This document shows positions 44,098 through 58,235 of a stretch of DNA of 64,000 bases, piece after piece; positions within the stretch are counted from its first letter, which is position 1, and each line of letters begins with the position of its first letter. The notes beneath the pieces are model-generated. The model ran no database searches. It was not told where the DNA came from and saw nothing but the letters and a program-made list of their open reading frames with translations. A program made the position numbers and the translations under genes. The DNA is taken from NCBI GenBank assembly GCA_001643675.2, contig LSRY02000048.1, positions 1 through 64,000 of the forward strand, read 5' to 3'. This DNA is from Monocercomonoides exilis PA203 (taxonomy: Eukaryota > Protista > Preaxostyla).

Positions 44098-46228
44098 GAA
44101 ACTAGTTGTTGTGTATGCTCAGCTGGCACTCTGTAGGAAGATTGCTGGACATGACTGTTCGTATTTGATATTGCAGCTTTCGGGCTGCTTTATCCGGACC
44201 TGGAAACGACGAACAGCCTCCCAGGTGCACAATAGTTAGAATCCGATTGTTTTCTTGTGGTTTTTGTCCCTATATTGTCCCTATAATAAAATTGGTTATT
44301 GTCCCGCATATATTTGTATTTATAGAGATTCATTAATAGAGAGAGTTGTGAGGGAATTCATTGATCTTTGGGTTAAGGTTTTTGGAAGGGAGAGTTGTTG
44401 AGAGTGTGAAATGTTGATTTATGAACACAATTAAAACCGGATATAATTACATCGAATATAATCAACATCGTTTGAAGTCACATTTTTCCATGCACAAACA
44501 TTTTTGTCCAAATTTTCATTCATTTTCCATCACACATTGTCACAGGGCTGAAAATATATAATCACAATTTTTATTATTATAGGTGCTTTTTTCAATGAAA
44601 TATCGATTTTTTGATCAAAATTTTCAATTTTTTAATTTTTCAAAATTATGTTTAAAAAAGTCTAAATAATGTGTATTAATAAAAAAATTGATTTCGCAAG
44701 TGAAAAATGCGTTTTAATGAAAAAATTTTCAAAAAATAAAAGTTTCACCCAAATTTAATTAATTAATTAATTAATTTTAATAATTTTCTGTGATAAACAG
44801 CATCGTATATTATCACAATCGGATAAAGTCACAAAAAGTTGTGCAAAAACAGATGTGATTATATCCAGAATAGACTGTATTCGTCATTTTCATACGTTTC
44901 AGCCACTTCAGATACAATAATCCAAAACCGTCTTCCTCTGTTATTCTCGCTACTGATGAAAAATATTTCTGCAAATCATCTGAAGCATCTGATGGGTCAA
45001 TTGCAGACACAGATGTTAAGGATAATTTTTTATCTTCTTCTCTTTTCTACTCTTTGTTAGTCGTGTCTGTATGAATCGAGTCTGGAATCGATGTACTGCT
45101 CCAGTGAAGTAAATGAAGTTGAAATGTTCAGCAAACATTATGATAAATAATATAGGAAGAAGAAAAGAAGGAAAGAAAATGCTTCAACAAATGCAAAAGA
45201 AAATACAGCCACAAGTTGCAAAAGTTGTGAAGATGAAGAGATCTGAAATACTGCAGAATTTGACACATCTTCAGCAAACGTCAACAGGATGCAGAAGTTT
45301 AACCGACAGAAGAAAAACAAAAAGAACAGAGATGGAAAGAGATGAAGTGTTTCAGATTGAGATAAATATAAAAGCTACATTTGCAAGGTCATTGGCTAAA
45401 GATACAATTTTTCTGATGGAGACAAAGAGAACATATCATGAAGATTTCTTCAAGAAGAAGAGATAGATACCAAAAAGAAACAGAAAATTATTATATATTT
45501 GATTAATCTATAAATAACGCAAAGGAAAATATTAAATATTTGAAGTCAAAGAAGAAGAAAGAGACGTCATGAAAATAATGCAGATGAGGCTGAAAGAGAT
45601 AACAGAAAAAAGGAAAAAGAAAACGATGAAGTTTTGAAAGAAATAAGAAATAAATTAGTTAAATTGAGAAAGAAATTATATTGGATAATAAAAAAAGAGA
45701 GAAGTGATCCAGCAGGATAGATTTCGCTGGAAATGGAAAAAGAGCTTTATGAAAGGCAGCATCTGAAAAAAAAATCTGATCAAGAGGATTTGCTGTGCTG
45801 GAGATAGCAGGAATTACACTCGATGGAGAAGTGATCAGTGAGCAAATGAAAGGCATTCTAGCTGTGAAAGTCGAGACTATCAACGTTAAACATAAAAAGA
45901 ACCTGGAGCTGAAGGAGTCATGCAGCAAGAGAGAGAAAGGGGGAATATTCAAGCAGTCAACCAGATTTGAACAATAACAAAGAAAATGTGAACATGCGAA
46001 TTCCTGAACGAATTGAACGTTTGAGACTTTGGAATGAGTAAAATCAATTTTTCATTTTCAAAACGTGAAACATAAACTGGTTTTTCTTGAATCAGTTGGT
46101 TCGAATATGATTTAAAAAGAATTTATTTTTTCTATTCTTTTTTCATTTGAATGTTGTTCTCTTTGCTGATAAACGGATCGATCTTTCTATGAAAGATATT
46201 TTAAACATAAAAGACAGAAAACACACAA

Positions 46229-49200
46229 ATGTCACCAAAACAATACACTTTGAGCAAGTGGTCCAGAAAGCTGTGGGAATATGCCTCCTCAATTTCTGGA
46301 GATTTCACTTTCGAGTTATTTGAGTATTTCTTTTTTTCATTTCGAAAAATGAAGGAAATCAAAGACTCGTTATATAAAAAATCAAATGGTGTGTGCAGCA
46401 TTTCATAAATAATTGAAATTTTATTGTTTGACCTTTTTTTATTTATGCATGTGCTATTTTACAGATCAACTTGATGGAGTGATGAATTCTTTGAGTTCAT
46501 TATTTCCAAAGCTTCAGAATAATTTGCAAGTCAAATTACTTAAAAATCTGAGCACTTACTGTTCTTTTTCTCAATTGAGAGATTACCATTTTGATATTAC
46601 ACAGGGACAACACAATTTCGCGAACGATGGATCACTTTTTCATTATTTGGATAATGAAAGTGAAAGTGAAGATAGAAAGTGCAAAAAATGGAGTTATCTG
46701 GATAATGAATCACTTGCAAAAGTAAATATGTTTTTGTTTGAAAACACATATAAATCCTCAGAGCTCCATAAAATAAAAAATAAATTCAAAAATATTTCGT
46801 TGACTCTGAAGAAATGTGTTTTTTTATTTTCGGTTATTTATTTTGTTATTTATTTTTCAAAAAAAATCTTGACAATGATGATGGTTTTTTCTTTTTGAGC
46901 GAAAATCATCTTTTCTCAGGTATTGATGGCCAAAAAAATGAATATTTTGATGAAGACATTCAAAATTTCGATGAATCATCTCATGCATCTGTTCCACATA
47001 TCCAACAATTGATTATTAATGAGCAGAAGATGTTTGAATTATATCCATATTCTACATCAAAACAAGTTGGGTTGAAAAATTTAGGAAATAGCTGTTTTTT
47101 CGATGCAGCTTTACAAATGTTTGCATCAATGAATAAATTCCATTCGAGGGAATTTCAGATAGAAACGAAAAATATTCTTTCTTCAACAGTCATCAATATT
47201 TGCAGATCAATAGTTGATCAACAGGAGAATATTGAATCTTACTGGTATGAAGAGTTCTACGAAAAATGGCACAATGAAAATTATATTTTAAAAATGGAGG
47301 AGCACGAATCGGATGATGCAATAGAATGGTTACTGAAAATAATACGAAAACAATCTCCAACTGCAATGAACAATTTGGGTTGTCATTCAACAGATAATAT
47401 CATTTGCCAAATGTGTGGATATGAATCTTTTTAAATGCCACAAAAAGTTGATACTATCATTCTGCAATGTCATTCAATTGAACATTCGTTGAACGAGTTT
47501 CAAATCCTTCAATTTCAAAGAAAGAGCGAAGAATTGAGCTGTCCATTGCGCAGATCGATATGTGGAGTGATTCAGCAAACTCAATATGAAAACAACTCAG
47601 ATTTCTTGTTATTTCAACTTGAGAATATCTTTATTTCAACAAATGAACAAAACAAAAAAGCCACTGGATTGAATAGATCATTATGGATGATTGAAATTTC
47701 AAAAAACACGCAATACACTGATCAAGATTCAAATCAGAAAGAGAAATTCAATCTTCTTTCCATAATTTTGTTCAATCCAACTGTCCATCATTACATTTGT
47801 GTAACTATATCAGATATTGAACAAATCGAAAACAGCAATGAATGTAATTTTCGTTGGAAAATTTGCAACAACGAAAATGTGGAAGTGGTTAATGATCTTG
47901 AAATTAAAAGCAAATATGAAGAGTTGTATTCAAACGGACGGAAAACAAGTTTTCAATTCATGTACAAAGTTCATTTATTCAAATGAAGACTTAAAGACAA
48001 TCTGTTAATCTCGGTTCTTCTTTTTATCATTTCAGCAATGATTCTAATAATTCAAACAATGAACATAAAAACAATATAAATAATTCTTTGTTTTGTGGAG
48101 TAGTAAACAGAACAACTTATTAAACGAAAAAACAACTTCACAATGAATTTGTGCAAAAACCATGAATTAATATGTCCCACTCATATTTCTGCAAATTTGC
48201 TCAATGTATCAACGCAAAACCTAGAAACAAAACTGACTTATGCTCCATTTGCGAAAGAGCTAGATATTTACGGAAAATATCTCAAAACAGACAATTCAGA
48301 AATCAGGATAATGAAGGGCTGCAATCCATAACAGAGCCCAAAAAATAGGCAAAATGCCAAAAACAATCATCAGTTGACTCAAAAAGCAAACTTTGAAAAC
48401 ATAGATCTTCTTTTGCTGCAAGACTTTAAAGAGAATTGGCAGCTTATGCTTTCAAGACAAGAAATCAGTAAAGCTTTTACACAAAAAAACAAGTGTCTGA
48501 CATTTGCAATATTTTATACACAAAACAAAATGATTCACTTAACAAAACATGTCATCACTTTATTTCGGACTGTTTATCTCATGATTTAAGATACGCCATT
48601 GAATGCTTGAACGTTGTTATCGAAAACATATATCAGAATTACACACACTCCAATCAACTCTGACAGTTTTTTCAGACTCTGGTCCTCACTTTAGGAATAA
48701 ATTTTTTTTTAGTAATTTTCTTAGTGACAGTCAAAATCGACAACAATTTTCATCGATATTTGTAAAGTTTTTCCCGGAGCAGCATGGTAAATCGGAATGC
48801 GATAGAGAGTTTGGATCAGTTTCTTCCAAATTATCAACAACATGTCTGGAAACTGGAAGAAATGCTTAATCATTTTGTGCCTTTTTTAAACAAATTTTTG
48901 ATTCTTCGATTCAAAGCACCATAAACGAGAAAATGAACAGACAGTTTCACTTGTGTGTTTCACTTTTTTTCATTTTATAACGTTGAAGTTATATATATAT
49001 ATATATTTTGGCTTCAGATACACTCCGTCAAATAAAAAAACTTGGAAATGGCTGAAAATTCCATCTATGATGATTTATTTATCTTTCAAAAGACAAAACG
49101 TTCATATATACACGGCATCTCATTCACAATTGTTGCAAGACAAATGGAAAATCATCAGTGATTGCGAAAGTGTCCAAGAAAAAATAGTTGGAGAAAGATA

Positions 49201-49290
49201 GTGGCTTACAGGAACAAATGCAGATCATTCAAACATGTTCATCAAAGACCTAACATTATCTCGAATAAATCAAAGAATGTCAATAAAAAA
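46229..49290 (+). pseudogene. USP-containing Sola-like transposase, copy 3 (distant subfamily, heavily decayed)
   Basis: MSPKQYTLSKWSRKLW N-terminus, GLKNLGNSCFFDAALQ, HHYIC, WKICNNENV, LLQDFKENW, FSDSGPHFRN, FFPEQHGKSECDREFG. Confidence 0.85.
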
Positions 49291-50452
49291 ATAAACATCC
49301 TTTTCATTTTTGAAGAAAATTGCATCAAACGATTGTTCAAGTCCAAATCAAAGCATTCAATTTGAAAGGAAAAAAAGAATGAAAAATTACGAAACAAAAA
49401 TGATACACAAATTTTTCACTGCATACGAAAGAATTCTACAAATATCAATGAAAACTTGATGATTATTGAAATAAATGAAATAAGAAATAAAAAAAACAAT
49501 GTTTTTATTCAGAAATGGATAATCGTTCAAACAAACGAAATTGTAAAATCTCTATTGAGTATTTTGTTGCTCAAATTTGTTAAAATAATGAGTTTATTGT
49601 TTTTGAACTGTTACAACTTTTGTTAATTCAATCGTCAATATCGTGACTATTTTTTTCAACTGTAATGATTTGAAGTTCCTAGGCACTTTTCAATTTTTGT
49701 TGTTATTTCCTTATTTTTAATGAATTTTTTGAGTTTATCAAAAAGCTCTTTGCATTCGAGTCGATTACGAAAAAAAAATATTCATAAAACATAAAGGGGT
49801 TGAAGTTCCCGAAACGCAGACTCCCAGGGTAAAATTATAATATAGTTTTCCAAACTTCATAGTTATTATTTTGCTTAGCTTGCAAAAGTCTGATCGATTT
49901 CACATTATGTCAAAATGAATACTTGAGGAAGGTGTTCCAGGAATTATGACTCTCAGGATGAAGTTATAATATATTAATTTAAAGTTTTTTAAACTTTCTT
50001 CAAGAAGCATTCATATTTTATTTTGAAATTACATGAATTAGTTTCAATTGTGGAAACGTTTCAAAATTTTTTCACATTTTTCTCGTTCATTTTCACCTTT
50101 TTTGAATACCAAAGTACTATAATTATTAACGTTTTAAAATTTAATGGAATGATGAATATTGTAAAGAGTATAATTTGTTTTTCAGAAAAAAAGAACAAAT
50201 AAATCAAATATTGCTATGATTAATATTTTTATGACAATGTATTTTTATTTTATTAGAATAATGAAAACTGTTCCACACAATTAATTTTCGTTTCTGTGGA
50301 AATAATACAAGTGTTTAAAAATTATGACTTTCCGTATTTCGTCCCATATGTTGTTAAGTTGATTTATGCACTTCTTCTTTATCGGAAATGAGTGTGTGAT
50401 GTGGAAAAAATAATTCGAATAAAAGGAATATTTTACGGGTAAAATTACAAAA

Positions 50453-51400
50453 TTAATATATATAAAAATTTTTGTGTTCGTAATCAGAAGTTTTTTCTTC
50501 TTCTTGTGAAAGGCCCGATGTTTCTTCTTCGCTGTTTTCATTATTGATAATGTCATCGATTGTTGGCAATTCTTCTTCGCTATTTTCTGAATCATTTTCC
50601 ACTTGCTCATATTTTTTTTTTTCTATCTCGTATTTATTGACAAATTCCAAAATTTCCAAAAAATCGTATTCTTTCGATGCTTTGACCAAAACAATTGCAA
50701 GGTGATTTGCAATAAATGAGTATCTGACTCCATAGAGGAAAAATGCTATTCTCAGAGAACCTCATAACACTTTAATCGTGATTGTTCACGTTTTTGTAAC
50801 AGCGTGTACGAAATACCATCAGTGGGACACTGTTCTGTGATCATTTCCATATTTATTTCAGGATTTGTATGCCTTCCACTCATCGCTCGAAATGATTTTT
50901 TCTTGATAAGACGCATTCAAGCATAATTGGAAGGAGGGTTTTTTTTGTTCTGTTGGGGACAATCATCACAAATCGAGGTTGTGCTCCTCCATAGTCAAGC
51001 CTTTCCACTCCGCTAAACAACCAAATTTACTCTTTTCTTTTTCCTTTTCTATCCTTTCTTTGAAGCCATTCAGATTGCCCATATCAACAATGTTTTCTTT
51101 TCCCTCGATTAATAATCATTTCGAATTTTATATCATTATGTGCACAACCCTTTGACGCTCACCCGAAAAACGACTGTGTTGATATTAACACCAATTTATT
51201 CCACAGTTCAACTGATAGAAATTACAACCAACTATTGCAAATTTGTTCTTATAGACGGACTTAATCCATTTTCGCTTCAAAAAATTTATTTTATTCTCGG
51301 AAAATTATTAAATTCATCAGTGAGAACAATTATTATACAGGCACTTTTTTATGAAAAGTTGCATAGATCAGAAATCTGACCCATTAAAGTTTTTTGTTAA
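50453..51400 (-). pseudogene. Merlin/ISXO2-like transposase, copy 3, degenerate
   Basis: Broken minus frames give IWLFSGVER, VPNRTKKTLLPI and SDEWKAY, with an acidic tail like the other two Merlin copies. Confidence 0.75.
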
Positions 51401-51848
51401 ACATTCCATTTCCATGTAACTTATTACAGTATTCAACTTTCACAGTGATGTTTATTGGTTCATATAAAACTTTATTTTCAAAAAAAAACATTTTTAATTT
51501 ATATATTATGAATCCAATATTTTGATAAAAATAACAATTTCATTTTTTTGAAAATGAAAAGGTTTTGTAAGCTCGGACTTCTAAGCAATAATGAATTCAT
51601 AAAATGGTTATGAATTGTTCAAGGCAAGTTCAGATATTTTTTGTGAATATTCTATAATTCATTGATAATACAATTTATCCTTTGAATGTTATTTTTAATT
51701 GTACAGAATGGACCTGGAATTTCAATATATTCAAAAATTTCTCTTTCAAATATGATTGAGATGTTGAGCTCGTTAATCTAACGGTTTTCATCAATCTTTC
51801 ACTAGAATAAAAAATATTTTTATAACAATTGGAACTTTCTATTATTTT

Positions 51849-52352
51849 TTGAAAGACAAATTAGCTGCATATTTCAGAGCTCCATTTGTGAAGGAATTGG
51901 CTATATGGGGATGCACAACAGATTTGTTTGTGGAGGAAGAAGATCTTCTGCTGAGGGTTATGAAATACCAGAGCGAGACGATATTTGTGTCTTCTGCAGC
52001 AGACAATCACAAAGATAGTAAGCAATGTGGAGAGTTCAATATGCCATGCCACTCATTGGATGTTGGAGTTCAACATATTATTCCATCTCTGTATTCACAG
52101 CTGTTGATCTTGTGGAAAACAGAAATTATTGGGAAGTGTGATGTTCTTGATGTGACAATCCGCTCATTACAATCTTCCTCAGCTGCTTATGTCCATCTGA
52201 ACTCAACAATTGCTGAAGAGGAAAGTCTAATTACAACCTCAGTAAAAGTTCGAATTGAAAATGTAAAATTCAACTTTGGTTTGTTTTTTTTCATACTCAG
52301 GAAATTCAATCATTCACGAAGCAAATGGAAAGCTTTCCCTTTCATCTGTTAA
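51849..52352 (+). pseudogene. Internal fragment of a large host multigene-family protein (TIFVSS...CGEFNMPCHSL repeat-type motif)
   Basis: Clean 167-aa frame lacking a true start; the CG....PC.S motif resembles expanded oxymonad surface-protein families (from memory, not searched). Confidence 0.45.
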
Positions 52353-53399
52353 TTTTTCTTCGGTTGTCCAATCAGAAAATATGGGTGATAATTTTTGAAA
52401 TCATATTTTTTCATTCATAAATTTCGGTGGAAAAATATTTTTGAATATCAATAAAAAAAACTGAAAAGTGAAAAGGATTATTGAATACATTTTAATCTTT
52501 GATTCGGAATAACCATTAGTTATTAGAAACAATCATTATGTTTCTTTTCTTTTGCAAAAATAATTTTCTTTCGAAAAATTTAAAATCTTTGAGAAATCAT
52601 CACCCCGAAAAAATATATGATTTAAAAAATAATCACCCATATTAAATCTATAATTCTCAATTCAACATTGTTAACAATCGAAAATGGAGTTCTGCATGTT
52701 GATAACTGCACAATGATGGCACTTTCATCCAAAAAGCCTTCATTTCTGTTTTGTTCAAAAATGATTTCGTTGAAAATGAGAAGGATGCACATATTGAGGA
52801 TACATCAAATATCAATGAAATTGGACAACACAAAGAAGTTTCATTTTATTAGGTTGTTGCTGATTAAGTGAAGCTATCTGAAAAATTAATCATTGTGATA
52901 CAAAATTCTGTATCTGTTCAAAAATTAAAATTGATATTATATCGTTCAATAATATCTCAAGAAAAACAAAAGGAGTTTCTTTTATTTATTTGTTTCATTC
53001 TACTTCACCTTCTTCATTTTTTTTATTATCAATTTTTATTTTCTCAGAAATAAGCAAAAAGAAGAAAAAACGTTCTCAATGTTGATGATATATTTGTTTT
53101 TCTAAAAAAAATGCTGAAAAAGAGTATGAATGAAATAAGAAACAGGTGATTGAAGAAGAATGAAGTTAATGAATAAAACAACATTTAATTTGGAAAATAA
53201 ATTGAGAGTATCAAAATCGATAAATATTGATAAGAAGAGAAAAAAAATGAAGATGAGGAAAAAGAATAAGAAGAATAATTTAGAGAAAAATACGAATAGG
53301 AGGATGTAAATGCCAATGAAAATCATTTTCAAGGCTTTCCTATTTGCCCCCTCCTCAACGTCACTGTCTGAAGAAACTTCACCTATCACAACCAATTTT

Positions 53400-54860
53400 T
53401 TAAACGAAGATCAAACCAGATCGCCTATTTTTTAGTCGTTCTTTTACAGCTTTTATCTGCAACAGCCATTGCAGCAGCACCATCTGGAATAATACCGACA
53501 TCTCCACCTCGTTATTCTTCTGTTATGCGTGCTTATCTCAAAAACAAATGCACAAATAGCTCTCAAGCCAAGGACTTGGAACAGTTACTCCAACCAACAT
53601 GAGATTACCCATTCAAAGATCTGCTTCAATGTTCTCTCTCCATCACCCCCGGATCCTCGAAATTATCAACACAATCAATGTCTGCAGCCCTGTCTCCAGC
53701 AGTATCAGTAAAAGCCACATCAGCACAGACGATCGCCACTTGGAAGGCGTCCGAAGCAGAAGCACAGTTTCGAACACATCCTGCTGCAGAGACCCAGACA
53801 GTCATGCCTCATATCTTATAAACAAAGTTGCAGGCTACTCGGACTCTTCCTTGTTTCTGCTATCTGTTGTCCGTAGTCTGCTCAAGAGGCATAAACAATT
53901 TTTATCACTACAGTGTTCTTTCCTTCCCATTTGTTAACCTTTTTGAAAGTTGAAGCTAGCATCCAGTTCTCCTGTTCTTTTTTTGAATTTTCATTCAGCA
54001 ACAGCTGTATTCAACGCAGTGCAAATGTTTCTCTTTCATTATCTTTCTCAACTTCCTGTTCAAACTCGTATGTGCAGACTTAACTTCTGTTCTTCTTCCT
54101 CCTTCTCTTCTTAATCTTCAATGTCCAACTTTCCATTCTCCAACCAAAGTCCTTCTTCACAACCTGCACCACCAACTTCCTCGCATTCTTAACCAAGCGC
54201 GGAACCACATCTTCATACAAAGCTTTCATTTTCTTCTGTTCCCACTTCTTTTGAGGAAGCTCCATCTACATCTTGTCAGTCATCCATTGAGCAAGGGTCT
54301 TCGCATGTATATCGTCTTTAACTGCACTTCAAACAGCCATTTTCTTTTCATATCTTTTCTGACTAATCCCAGATCTAGTTTTCTCACTTCCACAGCAACC
54401 CCTTTTCTGTTCGTGTCTGGCACAAGCATCACAGCACTTCCATCCTTGAAGCTGTCTGTTAACTTATCCTTGAACTTTTCATACAGCCCAGAATTCAGAA
54501 TCAATCAAACAGGAGACAGAACCATTCAGCACACCTCAGATAAAAACGAAAAGAGTGTGGAAAGCGGAAAACACACATCTCGCCAACATCATCTCCCTTT
54601 CAACGCTCACCAATTTACCCTGATTAATTCAGAGCTTCTTCTTCTTTTCAATATCCCAATCAGTCAGCTGCACCTTCTCTTTTTCAGTTTCCAGCTATTC
54701 CAGAGTCTCTTCAGCCTTCTCGTTGTTCTTCTAGCTCAGCTTCAGAAGTTTCCTTTGATTCATTCAGAAGATTTCAATTATCTCCTACTGCATCTCTGTA
54801 GAGTCGACTCACATAATTCAAAACTTGCTTATCCATTTGGTTCTTATGCAGCAGCATGAA
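53400..54860 (-). pseudogene. Decayed host-type gene with an N-terminal coiled-coil-like segment
   Basis: Minus frame ...NQRKLLKLS*KNNEKAEETLE*LETEKEKVQLTDWDIEKKKKL*...; many stops. Confidence 0.45.
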
Positions 54861-56087
54861 AAACTCTTAATCCCTATTTTCCATTTTCTTCTCCACCTGG
54901 GCAATAATTATTGAATCCATATTTATTCTGAAATATTTTTTATAAAAAAATTCTTTTTGAATATAGGTACTTATTTTTGAAATCATAACTTTTTTTGTGG
55001 TGTGGATATTAATGAAAAAAAATTTTGAATTTGAAAATAAAATTTGAGTTGAAATGTTTTATTCATTTTTTTGCATCGAATGACAAAGTTTGATGTGAAA
55101 TAAAGACGGAATTGTTTTTTTATGGGAGTCATTTCTTTTCTGTGTCCATTGACCAAAAATTTTTAAAAATAATTTAAAACCGATATTTTTGTTCGAAAAA
55201 ATCTGATTTCAAAAATTTTCACCCATATTGAAAATAGAACGCTTAAAGATCAACACTCCAAAATAGTTATAATTACAAACATAACGTTGAAGAATATTTT
55301 TGAAAATAAAAAATTATTGAAACTGGAAAGTTCACAAACTGATATCACTTCACGTTCCAACACATTGTGAAAAATTACTGTGTTTCAAAGGAGTCTTGCA
55401 TTCCTCTTTTTTGTCAATAGAATGATGATGAATTATCTTTTGTTGGATAAACAAAACAATTTCATATAATTCATTATTCATTTCACTTAACGTTTTTCAA
55501 CTTATTTTGCTGTTTGTAATCTTCATTCCTTTGTTCCTTTCATTGGTTGCTTTGTTATTTTTTAATGCAACATTTTCGATTTGGCTGAACTTCTGTTTTT
55601 GAAAAACAATTACATAAAAATAAGCTCTATTAATTTGTCATTTATTTCCTTCTGCAGTGTTTCATAATTGAAACAACTTCTCTTTTCGAATCAGCTGCAA
55701 ACAACAAAAAGTTAAAAAAGTTTGATATAAAGAGAGGAACAACAGAAAAGATGAAAACAAACAGTTTTCACAAGAAGTTCACTTTAAATTAATGAATTTT
55801 CCATTTCCGCATTTGCAAAGTTAATAAATTTTCGACAAAGTTTGGATAATTAAGTTTTTTGTATAAAAAATGGGAAAAACCTTTATCACTTCGTAAATTT
55901 GTTTGGTATCACATCGAATTTCTATTTAAAAATAACTGAATAAATGTTGTTCTCGAATCTTTCATTGTACGGAAAAGTGAGAAGTTCAAGGATGTTTAGA
56001 ACTTCATTGATGATAATTTAGTACATAAAGTTGTTGAGATGAAAAAGTACATGTTTCTACACACTAGCAAATGAATAAAGAACACCT

Positions 56088-56520
56088 CTGTGACGTGACA
56101 AATGAAAATTGAAACAATGACAAAATGACTGACAAGATTTTTTTGATTTATCTAAAAGAGTAATTTTTAACGATTTCACAATTCTTTATAACAAAAAAAT
56201 TCATTCGAAAATCGATATACAACAATTCTTATTATTTTGAAGAAATCAAATTTTTTAAAATATGATAAAGTTTCCAATATATGGGTAATTCTTTTCGAAA
56301 AGTTGCAAATGTTAAATTTTCAAATAAATCAAAAATTTTTCATTATGCTCAAAATTTTGTTTTCATTCACGAAACTTCATTTTAATGATCGAAATAGCAC
56401 AATCAAGAGATTGATTCCATGTAAGTGATAAAAGATGTGTGTTAACAAAATATTTTGCAAAATATGAAATTTTTCATATATTAGAAAATTTAACATTTGC
56501 GACTTTTCAAAAAGAATCAC

Positions 56521-56587
<67 letters not shown>

Positions 56588-56770
56588 TTTGATAGAAAAT
56601 GTCAGATTAAAAAATTTTTTGTCACAATTTGTCATTGACCTTCACTGACTGACACTGACAAAAGAGAAAATGGTAGATATTTCTCATTCTATCATCTAAT
56701 TTTTTCCAAAGCTTTTTGAAAAAATTTTAAAAGATTTCGCAATAATTCGTATTATTCTGTTTTTAATTAA

Positions 56771-56825
<55 letters not shown>

Positions 56826-58203
56826 ATGGATAAAACTCAAAATTATTTATCAGTTTTCAGAGGCATAGAATAAAATATTTCACAAAGATGCAGAAAAATT
56901 GATGACAGTTTATGTCAATTTATTTATTTGAGTGGATCATAAGATCCTTTTATAACGGATAAAAAATAAAGAAAAATCAAAATGAATTTTATTTTGAATA
57001 GCAAGTTTTGAATAATTCGGAGGGCAAGCATGTAAAAGTGGAACAAATATGAAACAGTTTGCCATGAATAAAGCTTTGATCAATTGGAGAAGTGTGGATT
57101 TAATTGCACAATAGACAATTACAAATACGCAAATATGAGCTCCTCGAATATAAGCTTTGATATTTCACAAGCAAAGGAACAACCCTCAAGATAATAATAT
57201 CAAGTTTGATTGAATTCTTTCTTCTTTCAACACTTTAATTAATTCATTTGTATATTTTCGAATTAAGTTATGAAGATTAAGTACTTTTTGAAAAATTCAT
57301 GATGAACATTTTCGCTGAATCTTCGGAATGTTCAAAAATGAAACCAAAATGTTGGAATTGTTTGCATCAATTACCAATTCTTGAAATATTTTCATTTATT
57401 TCACAATAAATTTCGTTTTGTTGAACCAACAAAAGAAAAACCTGATTTATTTCAACGACTACAATTTCACAATCTTGAATTGTGATGAAATGACTGAAAA
57501 GGATGAAGATCCACTTCATGGCTATTTCAATTCGAGCCAAGATGTTCTAACCAATGATTCGAATTTTTGATCACAGAACAATTTATGCATGCAAATTGAA
57601 GATGAAAGTGATAACGATCTATTGTTGGAGGTGGAGGAAATTGATGAAGAAGATTCAATAGGTTGCTACACAAACGGAGCGAACGAAAGGAATTCATGCA
57701 TATGAATGGAGCTGACAAAAATCAATCTTTTTCTCATTCATCGGATATTGAAATGGATATTGAACACCCCATTGATGAATTTTATTATGCGGCTCGTGAT
57801 AATGCAAATAATTATGATTCAAGAACAATCACTGAAGAAACCAAAGGTTTTGTTGATATTGGAGATACTCAACATTCTGTAAAATTTTTGTCCATTATCG
57901 CCTTTTCCCAACTTCGGAAATACATGTTGTTTTGCTTCCATGGTTCAACTTTTTTGATCAATTTATCAAAGTTGTCAGATGAAAAAGCGTTTGGTGATGT
58001 TCGAACAGATTCACCTCAATCTTTATTCTCTTTGTTCATGCAAACAAGGAATTAACCATAATCACAGCTCTCTTGATAATAATTAATGGAAAGAACGATA
58101 AGTATCCAGTTGGAACTTAAAACACAATTTGTCAATTGGAAATCAACAGGAAATATACTGTGTGTTTGAAAGATGATACAAGATTTTTCGCCTGTCACGC
58201 CAG
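56088..58203 (+). mobile_element. Deleted paralog of the 5' end of the adjacent hAT-like element
   Basis: 56088-56150 matches 58236-58298 and 56640-56750 matches 58488-58600; weak inverted end motif at 58183-58203. Confidence 0.5.
56523..56823. repeat. Two (TA)n microsatellites (~56523-56583 and ~56774-56823)
   Basis: Directly visible. Confidence 0.95.
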
Positions 58204-58235
58204 AACTAGAACATCAAATAATTGTGACTGAACCT

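Noticed and set aside
44800-46000. Short ORFs between USP-Sola copies 2 and 3
   Set aside because: Coding-like texture, but no consistent frame or motif
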